From the NCBI GenBank assembly GCA_963837955.1, contig CAWIPH010000002.1:4976316-5040315 (forward strand): DNA of 64,000 nucleotides, written 5' to 3'. Shown here in pieces: positions 10,990 through 21,299 of this stretch (position 1 is its first letter; each line of letters opens with the position of its first letter). The translations under genes and the position numbers were made by a program. The DNA comes from an uncultured Verrucomicrobiae bacterium. GTDB lineage: Bacteria; Verrucomicrobiota; Verrucomicrobiia; Chthoniobacterales; JAFAMB01. The notes beneath the pieces are model-generated. The model searched no databases. It was not told the DNA's origin and worked only from the letters and a program-made list of their open reading frames with translations.

Positions 10990-11952
10990 CTACGCCAAGC
11001 CGTTCTCCTTCAGGATCTGATCACAGTTCGATTTATCGACGGCCATCGTCGGAAGGGTGATCTTCTTTTCCACCTTCTCCCCTTTCATAACCTTCAAGCC
11101 TTGACGAACGCCCTCGGCTCCTGGCGTCGCATAAAGGAAGGTCGCGGTCAGTTCGCCCTTGCTAACCCAAGTGACGCCTTCATTTGGCAGCGCATCGATG
11201 CCTAGGAACATTATCTGCTTTTCGCGGCCGGCATCTTTCGCGGCAAGATAGGCCCCGTACGCAATCGGATCATTGTGCCCATAGACAAGGTCGATCTTGT
11301 CGAATTGTTTCAGCGCCGTCGTCATTGTGTCGTACCCCTTCGCCTGCTTCCAATCGCAGTCGATGGGTTGCAGCAACGATTTGATCCCAGCTTCCTTGCT
11401 AACGAACTCGTTAAAACCCTTGTGCCGATCCTGGGCGGGCGCGGTACCCATCCCACCCCACAGTTCGATAATACTTCCTTTCGCGGCTCCCGCTCCGCCG
11501 AGCAGCTTGACCGCGTATTGACCAGCTGTTTGGCCGATCACGACGTTATCGCCACCGATGAATTGGGTGTATTTGTCGGTATTGACGTTTCGATCGAGCA
11601 CGATCACCGGAATCTTCGCATCAATCGCTTTGAGCACGACTCCAGTTAAGCCGGCCGACTCCTTCGGGCTAACCAACAGGAGATCGACACCTTGCTGAAT
11701 CAAGCTTTCGACATCAGCTACCTGTTTCTCCGTCTTATCCTGTCCATCGGTAATGATCAGTTGTATTTCCGGATGTTTATCCGCTTCTTTTTGCATGTCC
11801 TTGTTGAACTGGACGCGCCAAGGTTCAACTATGGTCGCTTGGGAGAACCCGAACACATATTTTTTGCCCTGGGCTCTTACTTGGAACGGCTTCAACACCG
11901 TTGATGCTGCGGCTGCAGCAATACTCGCTTTAATAAACGTTCTACGTTTCAT
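10990..11952 (-). CDS. Sugar ABC transporter substrate-binding protein (RbsB-like), Tat-type signal
   Basis: MKRRTFIK twin-arginine-like signal; periplasmic binding fold motifs (VIVLDR, HNDPIAYGA, GIDA). Confidence 0.88.
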   Translation of the reverse strand: MKRRTFIKASIAAAAASTVLKPFQVRAQGKKYVFGFSQATIVEPWRVQFNKDMQKEADKHPEIQLIITDGQDKTEKQVADVESLIQQGVDLLLVSPKESAGLTGVVLKAIDAKIPVIVLDRNVNTDKYTQFIGGDNVVIGQTAGQYAVKLLGGAGAAKGSIIELWGGMGTAPAQDRHKGFNEFVSKEAGIKSLLQPIDCDWKQAKGYDTMTTALKQFDKIDLVYGHNDPIAYGAYLAAKDAGREKQIMFLGIDALPNEGVTWVSKGELTATFLYATPGAEGVRQGLKVMKGEKVEKKITLPTMAVDKSNCDQILKENGLA

Positions 11953-12011
11953 GGGGGTATGACAGTTCGTCTTTTTTGGTCTGGATCCCCAATCCGGGGA
12001 CCTAGAAATCG

Positions 12012-13304
12012 TTATCTAAGATTTTGCAGGGAATGGACTTCATCTTTCCGTGGTTCGCCGCCATCCAATTTCTTGGTTCGAGCGCGCAAACGCTTCCACC
12101 AAAGTCCGACCTGCCCTTCCTGCAGCAGCACGGCAGCAAGAATAATCGCGCCTTTCAGAACGAACTGGATGTTACTGTTAATGTTTTTGAGCAGGAGGAT
12201 ATTGGTGAGAAAGCCAAAAATGAGGACCCCAACAAACGTGCCCGTCATCGAGCCTTTGCCTCCCATCAAATTCGTCCCACCAATGACGACCGCAGCAATT
12301 GCGTCGAGTTCAGCTCCTGTACCCGCGTCGGGTTTTCCCTGCCGATATTGGGCGGTGTAAAGCACACCGGCAGATGCCGCTAACATCCCGGCAATCGCAT
12401 AGACCGCTGTTTTGATCTGGTCCACCCGGATTCCAGCCAGCCGAGCCGCCTGTTCGTTTCCGCCGATCGCGTAGATGTACCGGCCGAAAACCGTATACTT
12501 AAGAATAAACCCGAACGTCAGCACGGCGACCAGGAAGAAGATTCCAGGCACGGGCACGACTTGCAGCACGAGAGCGCGGAGAATATCAAACTGGTCCGTA
12601 GCGTTTGAACCGGTATAGACAGGGTAAACAGCAGCGGTTTCGCCTCCCAGCAGACGCGCAACGCCCAAGATGGCCACCATCATTGCCAAAGTCACAATGA
12701 AGGGCTGCAGCTTGCCTTTAGAGATAATGAGACCAGTCAGTCCGCCAATCGCCAAACCAACGGCCGGGACCGTGATCAGGACTCCCAAAACTCCGAACTT
12801 TGTTTGGAGCTGGCTGGTAGTCCACCAAACCAGCGCCCCAGCCACTATCAGTCCCAGTCCAACACCAAACAGCCGAACGGTCCGGCCCGCTTGCTCAACC
12901 GGTTTGGCCGACCCGCGGCGCAAGTTTGAGGCGATTAGCGGCACTAAATAGCTGCAAAGAAAAACCGCTACCACCGCTAAAATGGGAATCGAAGTAACCG
13001 AGGCCGCAGTCCAGCCCGGCAAAGTCAGAAGCATGGCGCAAAGCATGCATCCGAGGGCCATCATCGAACCGACCGAGAGATCGATCCCTCCGGTCAGAAT
13101 TACGAGAGTCATTCCCACGGCGATCATGCCGTTATTCGAAACCTGCCGCAGGACGTCGGATTGATTGCCCGGCTCCAGGAAAATGTTTACGCCTTTGCGA
13201 TTGACCGGGGATAGGATTATTCCCGCCCCATAAAGGACGGCCAGTCCCCAAAACAACTTCGTCTTGAGCAGGAATCGTCCCGCTGCCGTAAGCAGCCGTT
13301 TCAC
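12012..13304 (-). CDS. Sugar ABC transporter permease
   Basis: GGIDLSVGS, GRYIYAIGGNEQAARLAGI, ELDAIAAVVIGG. Confidence 0.9.
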   Translation of the reverse strand: MKRLLTAAGRFLLKTKLFWGLAVLYGAGIILSPVNRKGVNIFLEPGNQSDVLRQVSNNGMIAVGMTLVILTGGIDLSVGSMMALGCMLCAMLLTLPGWTAASVTSIPILAVVAVFLCSYLVPLIASNLRRGSAKPVEQAGRTVRLFGVGLGLIVAGALVWWTTSQLQTKFGVLGVLITVPAVGLAIGGLTGLIISKGKLQPFIVTLAMMVAILGVARLLGGETAAVYPVYTGSNATDQFDILRALVLQVVPVPGIFFLVAVLTFGFILKYTVFGRYIYAIGGNEQAARLAGIRVDQIKTAVYAIAGMLAASAGVLYTAQYRQGKPDAGTGAELDAIAAVVIGGTNLMGGKGSMTGTFVGVLIFGFLTNILLLKNINSNIQFVLKGAIILAAVLLQEGQVGLWWKRLRARTKKLDGGEPRKDEVHSLQNLR

Positions 13305-14902
13305 AACGTCGCCTCCAGTTTCAGAAATTCAGGTTGGATAGCACCTCCCGGCGAAGCGTATTCAAGAATCGTCTCCTGAGAAAATTCAGAGCGATCGAGT
13401 AGTGCGGTTGGACGTCCTTCACGCAACACAAGAATGCGGTCGCTCAGCAACATCAGCTCTGGAAGCTCCGACGATACCAGAACAATGGCCAGCCCTTGGT
13501 CGGCCAGCTCTCCGATTAACCTATAAATTTCTGCTTTCGCGCCGACATCGATCCCGCGGGTGGGCTCGTCGAGCAAGAACACCCTTGGCTTGGTAACTAA
13601 GCATTTCCCTACCACAACCTTTTGCTGATTACCGCCGCTCAGCGAACCCGTCACCTGTTCCGGATCGCGAGCGTGAATGTTGAGCTGGTCGATCATTGAC
13701 TGAGCCAATGCCTTCTCTCTCCCCACCAAGACAATACCCATGTGAGTAAGCGTCCTCATGACCGGCAGCCCAATATTTCGATCAATTCCAGCGCCCAAAA
13801 TTAATCCGTCACGCTTCCGGTCTTCCGTGACTAAAGCTATTCCGCGCGCCTTCGCTTGCACTGGACCGAGGATCTGCACCGGTTTGCCCTCTATCCATAT
13901 GTCGCCATCAGAAGTGCCTGGATGGAGCCCATACAAGACCTGCAAAATTTCGGTCCTTCCCGCTCCGAGCAGTCCGCCCAGCCCGAACACCTCGCCGGCC
14001 CCGACAGAAAAATTGATGTCTTGGACCAACATCGGCCGCGTGGGTGTCGGAGAGGGATGCTCTAACGAAAGGTTCCGAACCTCCAACATCGGCTTCGCCG
14101 CCCTGGTAGCATTCTTGTCCTCTGCTAACATCTCCTGAATTTCGCGGCCGACCATCATCCGAATGAGGTCCCGCCTGGTCGCTTCCTTTCCGGGAATCGT
14201 GCCAATGTGTCGTCCGTCGCGCAAAACCGTCACGGTATGAGCAAGGGCAAAGACCTCCTCCATGCGATGGGAGATATAGACAATCGCGACTCCCTCCGCA
14301 GCCAGCCGGCGAATCACTTGGAAGAGGCGCTCCGTCTCATTGATCGAGAGGGCAGAGGTGGCTTCGTCCATGATCAGGATTCGCGCTTTGGCCACCAGCG
14401 CCTTTGCTATTTCGATCAGTTGCTGTTCGCCAACCCGAAGCTGTGATACCGGAACCTGCATGGTTCCCTGAAAGTCGAGGGTTTTCAGGACGTCACGAGC
14501 GGCCTGGATTTGGCTCTTTCGATCGACGAAAAAAAGCGATTGCAGCTTCTCCTGACCGAGAAAGATGTTTTCGTCTACTTGCAGCTCTGGAACAAGGCTC
14601 AGCTCCTGGTGAATCATCGCTATCCCAGCGCGGGTTGCGTCGCGCGGAGAAGTCAGGTGGATCGGTTGATCGTCCACGAAGATCTTACCTTCGAAATCTT
14701 CGATCAGCCCGGCCGCTATTTTCATCAAAGTCGATTTACCAGCGCCGTTCTCACCCATGAGGGCATGAATCTCTCCGGGTCTCAATTCGAAGTCGACATC
14801 GCGGAGAACCTGCGTCGGTCCAAACGACTTCGAAATTTGCCGCATCTCCAGCGCTAGAGGCCGGGGCGGCTGGCCAGAGGAATCAGGCAACGACATAGGC
14901 AA
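13301..14902 (-). CDS. Sugar ABC transporter ATP-binding protein
   Basis: [30 protein letters not shown]. Confidence 0.9.
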   Translation of the reverse strand: MPMSLPDSSGQPPRPLALEMRQISKSFGPTQVLRDVDFELRPGEIHALMGENGAGKSTLMKIAAGLIEDFEGKIFVDDQPIHLTSPRDATRAGIAMIHQELSLVPELQVDENIFLGQEKLQSLFFVDRKSQIQAARDVLKTLDFQGTMQVPVSQLRVGEQQLIEIAKALVAKARILIMDEATSALSINETERLFQVIRRLAAEGVAIVYISHRMEEVFALAHTVTVLRDGRHIGTIPGKEATRRDLIRMMVGREIQEMLAEDKNATRAAKPMLEVRNLSLEHPSPTPTRPMLVQDINFSVGAGEVFGLGGLLGAGRTEILQVLYGLHPGTSDGDIWIEGKPVQILGPVQAKARGIALVTEDRKRDGLILGAGIDRNIGLPVMRTLTHMGIVLVGREKALAQSMIDQLNIHARDPEQVTGSLSGGNQQKVVVGKCLVTKPRVFLLDEPTRGIDVGAKAEIYRLIGELADQGLAIVLVSSELPELMLLSDRILVLREGRPTALLDRSEFSQETILEYASPGGAIQPEFLKLEATL

Positions 14903-15012
14903 TATGGGAAGGATAATTGCCAGAGGACGAGTGGAATGTAGTTAAGAGAGACACAAGGACTGGGGGGCGGTCTGGAGACCGGTTTTTTGATTGATACGCG
15001 CCGATCGGGACG

Positions 15013-15028
15013 ATGTAAAGCTTTACAT
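15013..15028. promoter_or_regulatory. Putative LacI-family operator
   Basis: Perfect 16-bp palindrome ATGTAAAGCTTTACAT between divergent ABC operon and lacI. Confidence 0.55.
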
Positions 15029-15170
15029 TCAATTTTAACTTTCCCATTCTCCGACTAGGCTAGAGCGCTGTTTCAAATAGGGCTGGAGCGACCTGCGCAA
15101 AGATTTCTTTAGCTCTATCTGATACAGTGCATTACCAAACCGGAAACAGCGAATCGCCGCCACGGCTACA

Positions 15171-16169
15171 ATGACTCTTTTCGAGCTCGCCCGCGAATTA
15201 AACATCAGCATCGCCACGGTCTCCCGGGCATTGAACCGACCCGATGATGTGGCACCAGCCACTCGAGAACGAGTGCTTGCCGCTGTCCACCGCAATGGCC
15301 ATTACCAGCCGGGCCGCCCTCGTTCTCTCCGCGCCCAACAGACGCGTACCATCGGCGTGGTGATTTCCGATATCCGTAACTATTTCTTCGCTGCGTTTGT
15401 TAAAAGTATCGAAGATCAGGCCAGAGCGAACGGCTATACGATTCTGATTTGTAATGCGGACGAAGACAAAGAAAAGGAAGAGGCCGCACTGCGCATGCTG
15501 CTGGATCGCAAAGTGGCCGGAGTGATTAACTGTTCTACTGGGGGCAACCTGGCGATGCTTGAGCTGGTCCGCAGGAGCGGCGCTATCTTGGTCGACTTTG
15601 ATCGCGAATCAGGTCTCGATCACACCGATACCGTAACGATCAATAGTCAAAAGGGAGCAGAACTTGCCGTGGAGCATTTGAGCGCACTTGGGCACACTCG
15701 AGTCGCGACCATCGCCGGTCCACAGCATCTTTCGAACGGAAGGGCACGCCTTCTGGGATTCCAACAGGCTTTGGCCAAACGCTCGATTGCTCTGCCACCC
15801 GACTATATTCAGATTGGCAATTTCCAGTCGGAGTCAGGTTACGTTTGTAGCCAGCGACTTCTGGGCTTAAAACGCCCGCCCACGGCGGTTTTCACGGCAA
15901 ACATGGAGATGGCTGCCGGTCTTATTGCGCTGGTCCGAGAACGTGAAATCAAGTTACCAGAAGAGCTTTCGATCGTGTCGTTCGATGATGGTTTTTGGGC
16001 GCGTTACATCGATCCCCCTTTGACCGTGATCGCTCAACCGGTCGAAGCAATGGGCCGTTTTACTATCGACCTGATGTTAAAACGACTCCGCGGGAGCCGT
16101 GGCGTTCAGCGAAAAGTATTCGCTCCGAAACTGATCGTCCGCCGCTCAACTGCTCCGGTAAGGGCGTAA
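15171..16169 (+). CDS. LacI family transcriptional regulator
   Basis: TLFELARELNISIATVSRALN HTH; sugar-binding domain; IVRRST end. Confidence 0.9.
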   Translation: MTLFELARELNISIATVSRALNRPDDVAPATRERVLAAVHRNGHYQPGRPRSLRAQQTRTIGVVISDIRNYFFAAFVKSIEDQARANGYTILICNADEDKEKEEAALRMLLDRKVAGVINCSTGGNLAMLELVRRSGAILVDFDRESGLDHTDTVTINSQKGAELAVEHLSALGHTRVATIAGPQHLSNGRARLLGFQQALAKRSIALPPDYIQIGNFQSESGYVCSQRLLGLKRPPTAVFTANMEMAAGLIALVREREIKLPEELSIVSFDDGFWARYIDPPLTVIAQPVEAMGRFTIDLMLKRLRGSRGVQRKVFAPKLIVRRSTAPVRA

Positions 16170-16496
16170 ACTGATGCTCCAGCCTCAGTAACAAACCGCG
16201 ATGCTAACTCATTCGGCACTGAATTATCCAACGAGCCTCACGTTATCTACCTGAGCGTGGACGATCAGGCCGTAGACTGATGCTCCAGCCTCAGTAACCG
16301 CGATGCTACCTCATTCGGCACTGAATTATCCAACGAGCCTCACGTTATCTACCTGAGCGTGGACGATCAGGCCGTAGACTGATGCTCCAGCCTCAGTAAC
16401 CGCGATGCTACCTCACTCGGCACTGAATTATCCAGGGGCCTCGCGTTACATACCTGAGCGTGGACGGTCAGGCTACTTTGTGGACGATCAGGCTAC
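16166..16496. repeat. Tandem array (3 x ~102 bp plus a partial unit) of inverted GTAG-type REP pairs (BIME-like)
   Basis: Units start at 16170, 16276 and 16378; each runs GTAGACTGATGCTCCAGCCTCAG...CCTGAGCGTGGACGATCAGGC; stops in all six frames. Confidence 0.8.
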
Positions 16497-17296
16497 TCTG
16501 ATACCGCATCGAGCAATCGCCTGAGTGCGGCATTGAACTCGACCTCGTTCTCGAGGTTTGGCATGTGCCCGACTCCTTTCATCCAAACGAGTTCTGACCG
16601 CTTCAGGAGAGTGTGCATCCGCTCGGCCTCGGCGCGGGTGGTGAACGCGTCTTCATCGCCGACAACGACGAGCGCCGGAACATTTAGACTCGCCAGCGTG
16701 TTCTCGTAATCGGGGCGCTCGGCCCGGCCGCGCAGCGCAGCTGCGGCCCCAGACGGGTGCGCCGCCAGCATCATTGAACGGACGTGCTCTGCGACCGCCG
16801 GAAGCGCTGCGATATTTCTGGGTGCCACCATTTTCGGTAACACTTCTTCGGCGTACCCATCCATACCCTCGCGCAATAGTCGATCGGCCATTGTGGCTCG
16901 GATTCGCTTGCCCTCATCCGTTTCAGCCTTCGGGAACGTCGCAGCCAGTAGAATTCCGCGAACACGCCCGGGGTAGAGTCGGCAGAACTCCATCACTATC
17001 TGGCCACCCATTGATAGGCCGCAAATCACGACATCGCGAATGCGGAGGTGATCGAGGAGGGTCGCGATATCGCAGGCAAAGATGTCGAGTGTCGTCTTGC
17101 CCGGTACGACGGAACTCTCTCCATAGCCTCGCAGATCCGGCGCGATCACCCGCCAACCGGACTGCGCGAGCGCTTCGACCTGGGGTCTCCACATCGAGCG
17201 ATCGAATGGGTGGCCGTGGACCAGGACAAGTGTGTTCTCACCGTTGCCCGCATCGTCGTAGCCGACCGTGATGCCATTTACTGAGGCTGCGCCCAT
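16493..17296 (-). CDS. Alpha/beta fold hydrolase
   Basis: LVHGHPF, APDLRGYG, GLSMGG nucleophile elbow, GHMPNLE. Confidence 0.9.
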   Translation of the reverse strand: MGAASVNGITVGYDDAGNGENTLVLVHGHPFDRSMWRPQVEALAQSGWRVIAPDLRGYGESSVVPGKTTLDIFACDIATLLDHLRIRDVVICGLSMGGQIVMEFCRLYPGRVRGILLAATFPKAETDEGKRIRATMADRLLREGMDGYAEEVLPKMVAPRNIAALPAVAEHVRSMMLAAHPSGAAAALRGRAERPDYENTLASLNVPALVVVGDEDAFTTRAEAERMHTLLKRSELVWMKGVGHMPNLENEVEFNAALRRLLDAVSE

Positions 17297-18210
17297 CGTC
17301 TTGCTGCTCCTCCAACTTTGAATCCATGAAAATGCAGACTCCAACGTGCCGCGACGACCGCTACGAGTAACAGTCCCAGGACAAACCAAAGCTGAACTTC
17401 GATCTGCTCAGCTAAGATCAATCCCGCTGCCAAAACCGCTAACACGGATTGGAATTGTTGGATTTGACTCATTTTAGCCACCCCTCCTAGAGCCAAACCT
17501 CGGTAGTAAAACGCGAAGCCAAGAAATTGAGAAACCAAGACCTGGTACAATAGCCCGAACCACGCCGGAACAGACTCGACATGATTAACTCCGCCCCGCA
17601 ATGCCAAATAGGAGGTCAGCAAGACGATAGCCAGCGGTGCGGCGAAAACCAGCATCCAGCAGATCGCTCGCCACCCGCCCATTTCCTGGGCCAACAGACC
17701 ACCTTCCGCATAACCATAGGCGCAAGCCAAGCAGGCAAGAAGTATAAGGATATCGGCGCGTTGAAATTGTAGGCCATTTGACCGCGAGACCAGAAACCAG
17801 AGAACCACCGAGGTCCCGCATCCGGCAATGATCCAGAACGCGAGCGGCGCCCTTTCACGTCTACGCAACACCCCGAACAGCGCGGTCAATAGCGGCAACA
17901 CTGCCGTAATCGCGGCCGCGTGACTTGCTGGGACTGTCTGCAGCGCGAGCGTCGTAAAGATTGGGAAAATGAAAACGATGCCGATGGCCGCCAGACAGAG
18001 CCTTGCGATCTGTCTCCCTTTGGGCATCGGATATTTTCCCACCAAAACGCAAAGTACGGCGACAACGCCCGCGCCGGCGCCTCTGGCTAATGCAATCACT
18101 CCGGGATCGAAGCTGCGCAGCGCGAGCCGAACAGCCACAAAGGAGAGGCTGAAACAGGCCACGCCGATAAAGGTAAAAATCCAACCCTGGAGTTCGTCCT
18201 CTGAGGTCAT
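17278..18210 (-). CDS. EamA/DMT family transporter
   Basis: Multiple TM helices; GYAEGGLLAQEMGGW and SQFLGFAFYYRGLALGG motifs; divergent from MocR regulator. Confidence 0.85.
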   Translation of the reverse strand: MTSEDELQGWIFTFIGVACFSLSFVAVRLALRSFDPGVIALARGAGAGVVAVLCVLVGKYPMPKGRQIARLCLAAIGIVFIFPIFTTLALQTVPASHAAAITAVLPLLTALFGVLRRRERAPLAFWIIAGCGTSVVLWFLVSRSNGLQFQRADILILLACLACAYGYAEGGLLAQEMGGWRAICWMLVFAAPLAIVLLTSYLALRGGVNHVESVPAWFGLLYQVLVSQFLGFAFYYRGLALGGVAKMSQIQQFQSVLAVLAAGLILAEQIEVQLWFVLGLLLVAVVAARWSLHFHGFKVGGAARRWAQPQ

Positions 18211-18281
18211 GGCGAGTCCGTGGGCCGGTATAGGCAAAAGAGGGCGCTTTCCTTCCATCCACCAACCTTCTCCAGATTTTG

Positions 18282-18325
18282 GACCAGAACAGATACAGAT
18301 CCTGCGAAAATCGACCAGAACAGAT
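18282..18325. promoter_or_regulatory. Direct repeats, putative MocR-regulator binding sites
   Basis: GACCAGAACAGAT at 18282-18294 and 18313-18325 (31-bp period). Confidence 0.55.
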
Positions 18326-18361
18326 TGCATGACTGATTTTTTGGGCCAGGCTCCATTTTGG

Positions 18362-19801
18362 ATGCGAACCCAATTCCCACCTGCCTACAGCCAGCTGGCG
18401 GAACTCCTTAGCACACAGATCGCGGCCAACACCTATTTGCCTGGCGACCGACTTCCGTCTGTTCGAGCGCTAGCCTTACGCCACAGCTATAGTGCCGAGA
18501 CCGTACTTCGCGCCTTTCGCTTGTTAGAAGATCGTGGGCTGGTTGAACCGCGCCCACGCAGCGGATTCTTCGTGCGCCAGAAAGATCTTCGGGCCTTACC
18601 TCCGCCATCCTCTCAACCCACCGTATTCCAGGCCACCAACGTCGAACTCAGCGCACTTCGTCATCAAACCATTCTGTTCGGTACGGCCACCGATTTCGTT
18701 CCCTTGAGCCTCACGTTGCCGAGCCCGGAAATTCTTCCTACGCGCCAACTGATCCAAACTATCACGAGCATGGCTCGACGCTTCCCAGAAGAGGTTGTTC
18801 GACAAAGTGAGCCAGCTGGCACCATAAAGCTCCGCCAACAGCTCGCCCGCCGGGCCTCAGAATCTGGCTGCTTTCTTACGCCAGATGATTTCATCGTGAC
18901 GGTCGGAGCGTCCGAAGCAATCAATCTCGCGCTCCGGGCATGTTGCAACGCGGGAGACATCGTGTTGGTCGAATCGCCATCTTACTTCGGCACTCTCGAG
19001 ATTATGGAAAGCTTGAATCTGCGGGTGGTCGAACTAGCAACCGACCCCGAACGTGGAATTTCGGTCCAGGATGTAGCGAAAGCGCTCAGCCGATTTCCCC
19101 GTGTCCGGGCCTGTCTCTTAGTAACCAATCACAGTAATCCCCTCGGGTGCACGCTGAGCGCGGAAACCAAACGACAATTGGTTCAATTATTGGCGAGCCA
19201 CCAAGTCGCGTTGATCGAAGACGACGTTTTTGGAGATCTCCATCAACCAAGTCAGAGCCGGCCGGTTGTCGCGAAAGCCTTCGATGAGACTGGATCAGTC
19301 ATTCTGGTGAGCTCTATTTCAAAAGTCTTAGCTCCCGGCTTTCGTCTTGGCTGGATCGCTCCAGGTAAGTACCGGGATCGCATTCTCCAACTTAAATCTT
19401 CCAGCAGCCTAGCTACCCCTTCTCTAACCCAGCTGGCAGTTGCGGAGTTCCTGAAAAGCGGCTCTTTGGACCGCCATCTCCATCGGATGCGCGCGTTCCT
19501 GGCAGAGCAGGTGTACCGTTTCACGAACGCCGTTACCGAATCCTTTCCTTCGGGTACACGAATCTCTCGCCCGAGCGGCGGATTCGTGCTTTGGATCGAG
19601 GTTCCCTGCGATACTCTTGAGTTGGCCAAACAGGCGCTCAATCGTTACCGGATTGCGATCGCGCCGGGCAAAATTTTTGCCGCGCGCGGTGATCGTTACG
19701 AAAACTGTTTTCGGCTCAGCTGTGGCTACCGATTTTCTCCGCTGTTTGCCGAAGCAATTGCAGTGCTGGGGAAGTTGATCCGATCGCTCGAGCAGAAATA
19801 G
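18362..19801 (+). CDS. MocR/GntR family PLP-dependent transcriptional regulator
   Basis: GDRLPSVRALA wHTH followed by aminotransferase class I domain (IEDDVFGDL, SISKVLAPGFRLGW); start 18329 or 18362. Confidence 0.9.
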   Translation: MRTQFPPAYSQLAELLSTQIAANTYLPGDRLPSVRALALRHSYSAETVLRAFRLLEDRGLVEPRPRSGFFVRQKDLRALPPPSSQPTVFQATNVELSALRHQTILFGTATDFVPLSLTLPSPEILPTRQLIQTITSMARRFPEEVVRQSEPAGTIKLRQQLARRASESGCFLTPDDFIVTVGASEAINLALRACCNAGDIVLVESPSYFGTLEIMESLNLRVVELATDPERGISVQDVAKALSRFPRVRACLLVTNHSNPLGCTLSAETKRQLVQLLASHQVALIEDDVFGDLHQPSQSRPVVAKAFDETGSVILVSSISKVLAPGFRLGWIAPGKYRDRILQLKSSSSLATPSLTQLAVAEFLKSGSLDRHLHRMRAFLAEQVYRFTNAVTESFPSGTRISRPSGGFVLWIEVPCDTLELAKQALNRYRIAIAPGKIFAARGDRYENCFRLSCGYRFSPLFAEAIAVLGKLIRSLEQK

Positions 19802-20091
19802 CTACAAAAATTGGGCCGAATTATGTTTCCCATTTTGAAAATAGAGTTAGCGAGCCGAATGGAAAAACGCAGTCGTGGTTATTTCACCGAAGGTCGCCGA
19901 GCGTACCAATGACTTCCAAATTCTACCTTCCAGATTTCTCGCGCAGACTGGTCCGACAAAGCCTCGCCCGAAATCTTGGCTCTTAGGTCCTGATTCGGTC
20001 CCCTCTTCTACTAAAGAGATTTCACAGGAGATCGCAAAGTTGCGGAAAAGGGTCTGATTTCTGGTTTCTGCCTCTCCCGTCTCCGGTTTGC

Positions 20092-20187
20092 ACGCCGCAG
20101 GCGTTAGAGGACTCAGCCCAGGGTGGAGGCTTGGCGGAACCCTGGGTAAAGCAAAAAAAAGCGGTCCGCTCTGAAAGTGCGCTAGGA
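20092..20187. repeat. Single REP-like multi-hairpin unit
   Basis: ACGCC-GCA-GGCGT hairpin, CCCAGGGT...ACCCTGGG hairpin, A-run, third imperfect hairpin; same layout as the 34002 and 39948 elements. Confidence 0.5.
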
Positions 20188-20543
20188 TTTGTCCGACCAC
20201 GGAGGCGTGTTTGGCTTGCTTAGTCCGACCGCCGCGACTGACGTGACGCACACGGTTCAAATAGCCAGAGGCAGATTCTCTCAACCCCGCCGGCCAGTTT
20301 CTATATCAATGCGCCGCTGACAAACAGTCTCCCTCCGGGACAGCGGGTAACGGTATGGCTCGATTTTGTCGATCCGTCGAAGGGATCTATTCTGTACACT
20401 ACGCGGGTGTTAGCGTCGGGTCCAAACGAGCGGTGATGGCCGAAAAATCTTCGGCGCTTGAAGGCGTCTTCCTAGTTGCTGGATCCTCGGCTTGATTTCG
20501 CGGGGAAAGTTATTGACGATGCTGCCGCGTCCGCGAACCGGCT

Positions 20544-21299
20544 ATGAATTGGTATTACCTGATGGAGGGCCAGCCAAAAGGTCCAATCGACGTTACTGAA
20601 CTGGAAAGGCTTTTTCAATTTGGAGCCATCCGGCTCGGGACCCTGATTTGGCGTGAGGGAATGTCAGCGTGGGCTAGCTTCGCCGACGCGTTTCAGCAGC
20701 CCGCGGTTAAGTGCGATCAGTGTAAACAACTCGTCCCGCAGGATCCGGTAATTCGGTACGGGACGATGACGATTTGCCCAGATTGCAAAGAATCATTTTT
20801 TGGACAAATCCGGGAAGGTCTCGCTCCAGATGTAAAGGCTATTTACGGCGGATTCTGGATTCGTGCTGGGGCATGGTTAATCGATCAGTTGATTTTGTTC
20901 TTCCTCCGGCTGCCTTTTCAAATCGCGTGGCAATTCTTCTACTTCTTCCTGATGTCAGGCATGTCGGGCAGAATGTCGAAAGCGACCGATTTTCCATATC
21001 GGTCTTTTTTGATCGCCTATGGAACATATGGTTTCATTATTTTCGCGATTAGCCTTGCTTACTACGTTTTTTTCGTAGGCAGGTATGGAGCGACCCCGGG
21101 GAAAATGGCGTTGAAATTGCGAATCGTCCGCTCTGATCGGTCGAAATTAACGTATTGGAGAGCGACCGCCCGATATTTCGCGCAAATAGTAACAAGTTTG
21201 ACGCTCCTTATAGGGTACATCATGGCTGCCTTTGATTCCGAGAAACGGGCGTTGCATGATTATCTTTGCGACACCCGAGTGATAAAGCGAAACGCATGA
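20544..21299 (+). CDS. RDD family protein with N-terminal GYF_2 (DUF4339) and CxxC zinc-ribbon
   Basis: WYY...GP...LIWREGMSAW; CDQC/CPDC; YGGFWIRAGAWLID, ATPGKMALKLRIV, RALHDYLCDTRV. Confidence 0.88.
   Translation: MNWYYLMEGQPKGPIDVTELERLFQFGAIRLGTLIWREGMSAWASFADAFQQPAVKCDQCKQLVPQDPVIRYGTMTICPDCKESFFGQIREGLAPDVKAIYGGFWIRAGAWLIDQLILFFLRLPFQIAWQFFYFFLMSGMSGRMSKATDFPYRSFLIAYGTYGFIIFAISLAYYVFFVGRYGATPGKMALKLRIVRSDRSKLTYWRATARYFAQIVTSLTLLIGYIMAAFDSEKRALHDYLCDTRVIKRNA

Noticed and set aside
16170..16480. Possible CRISPR array or 34-aa repeat protein
   Set aside because: Whole units are conserved (no unique spacers), no cas genes are present, and there are stop codons in all six frames
17969..18361. 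N-terminal extension of the MocR regulator (610-aa ORF)
   Set aside because: It overlaps the divergent EamA gene, and homology starts at the wHTH
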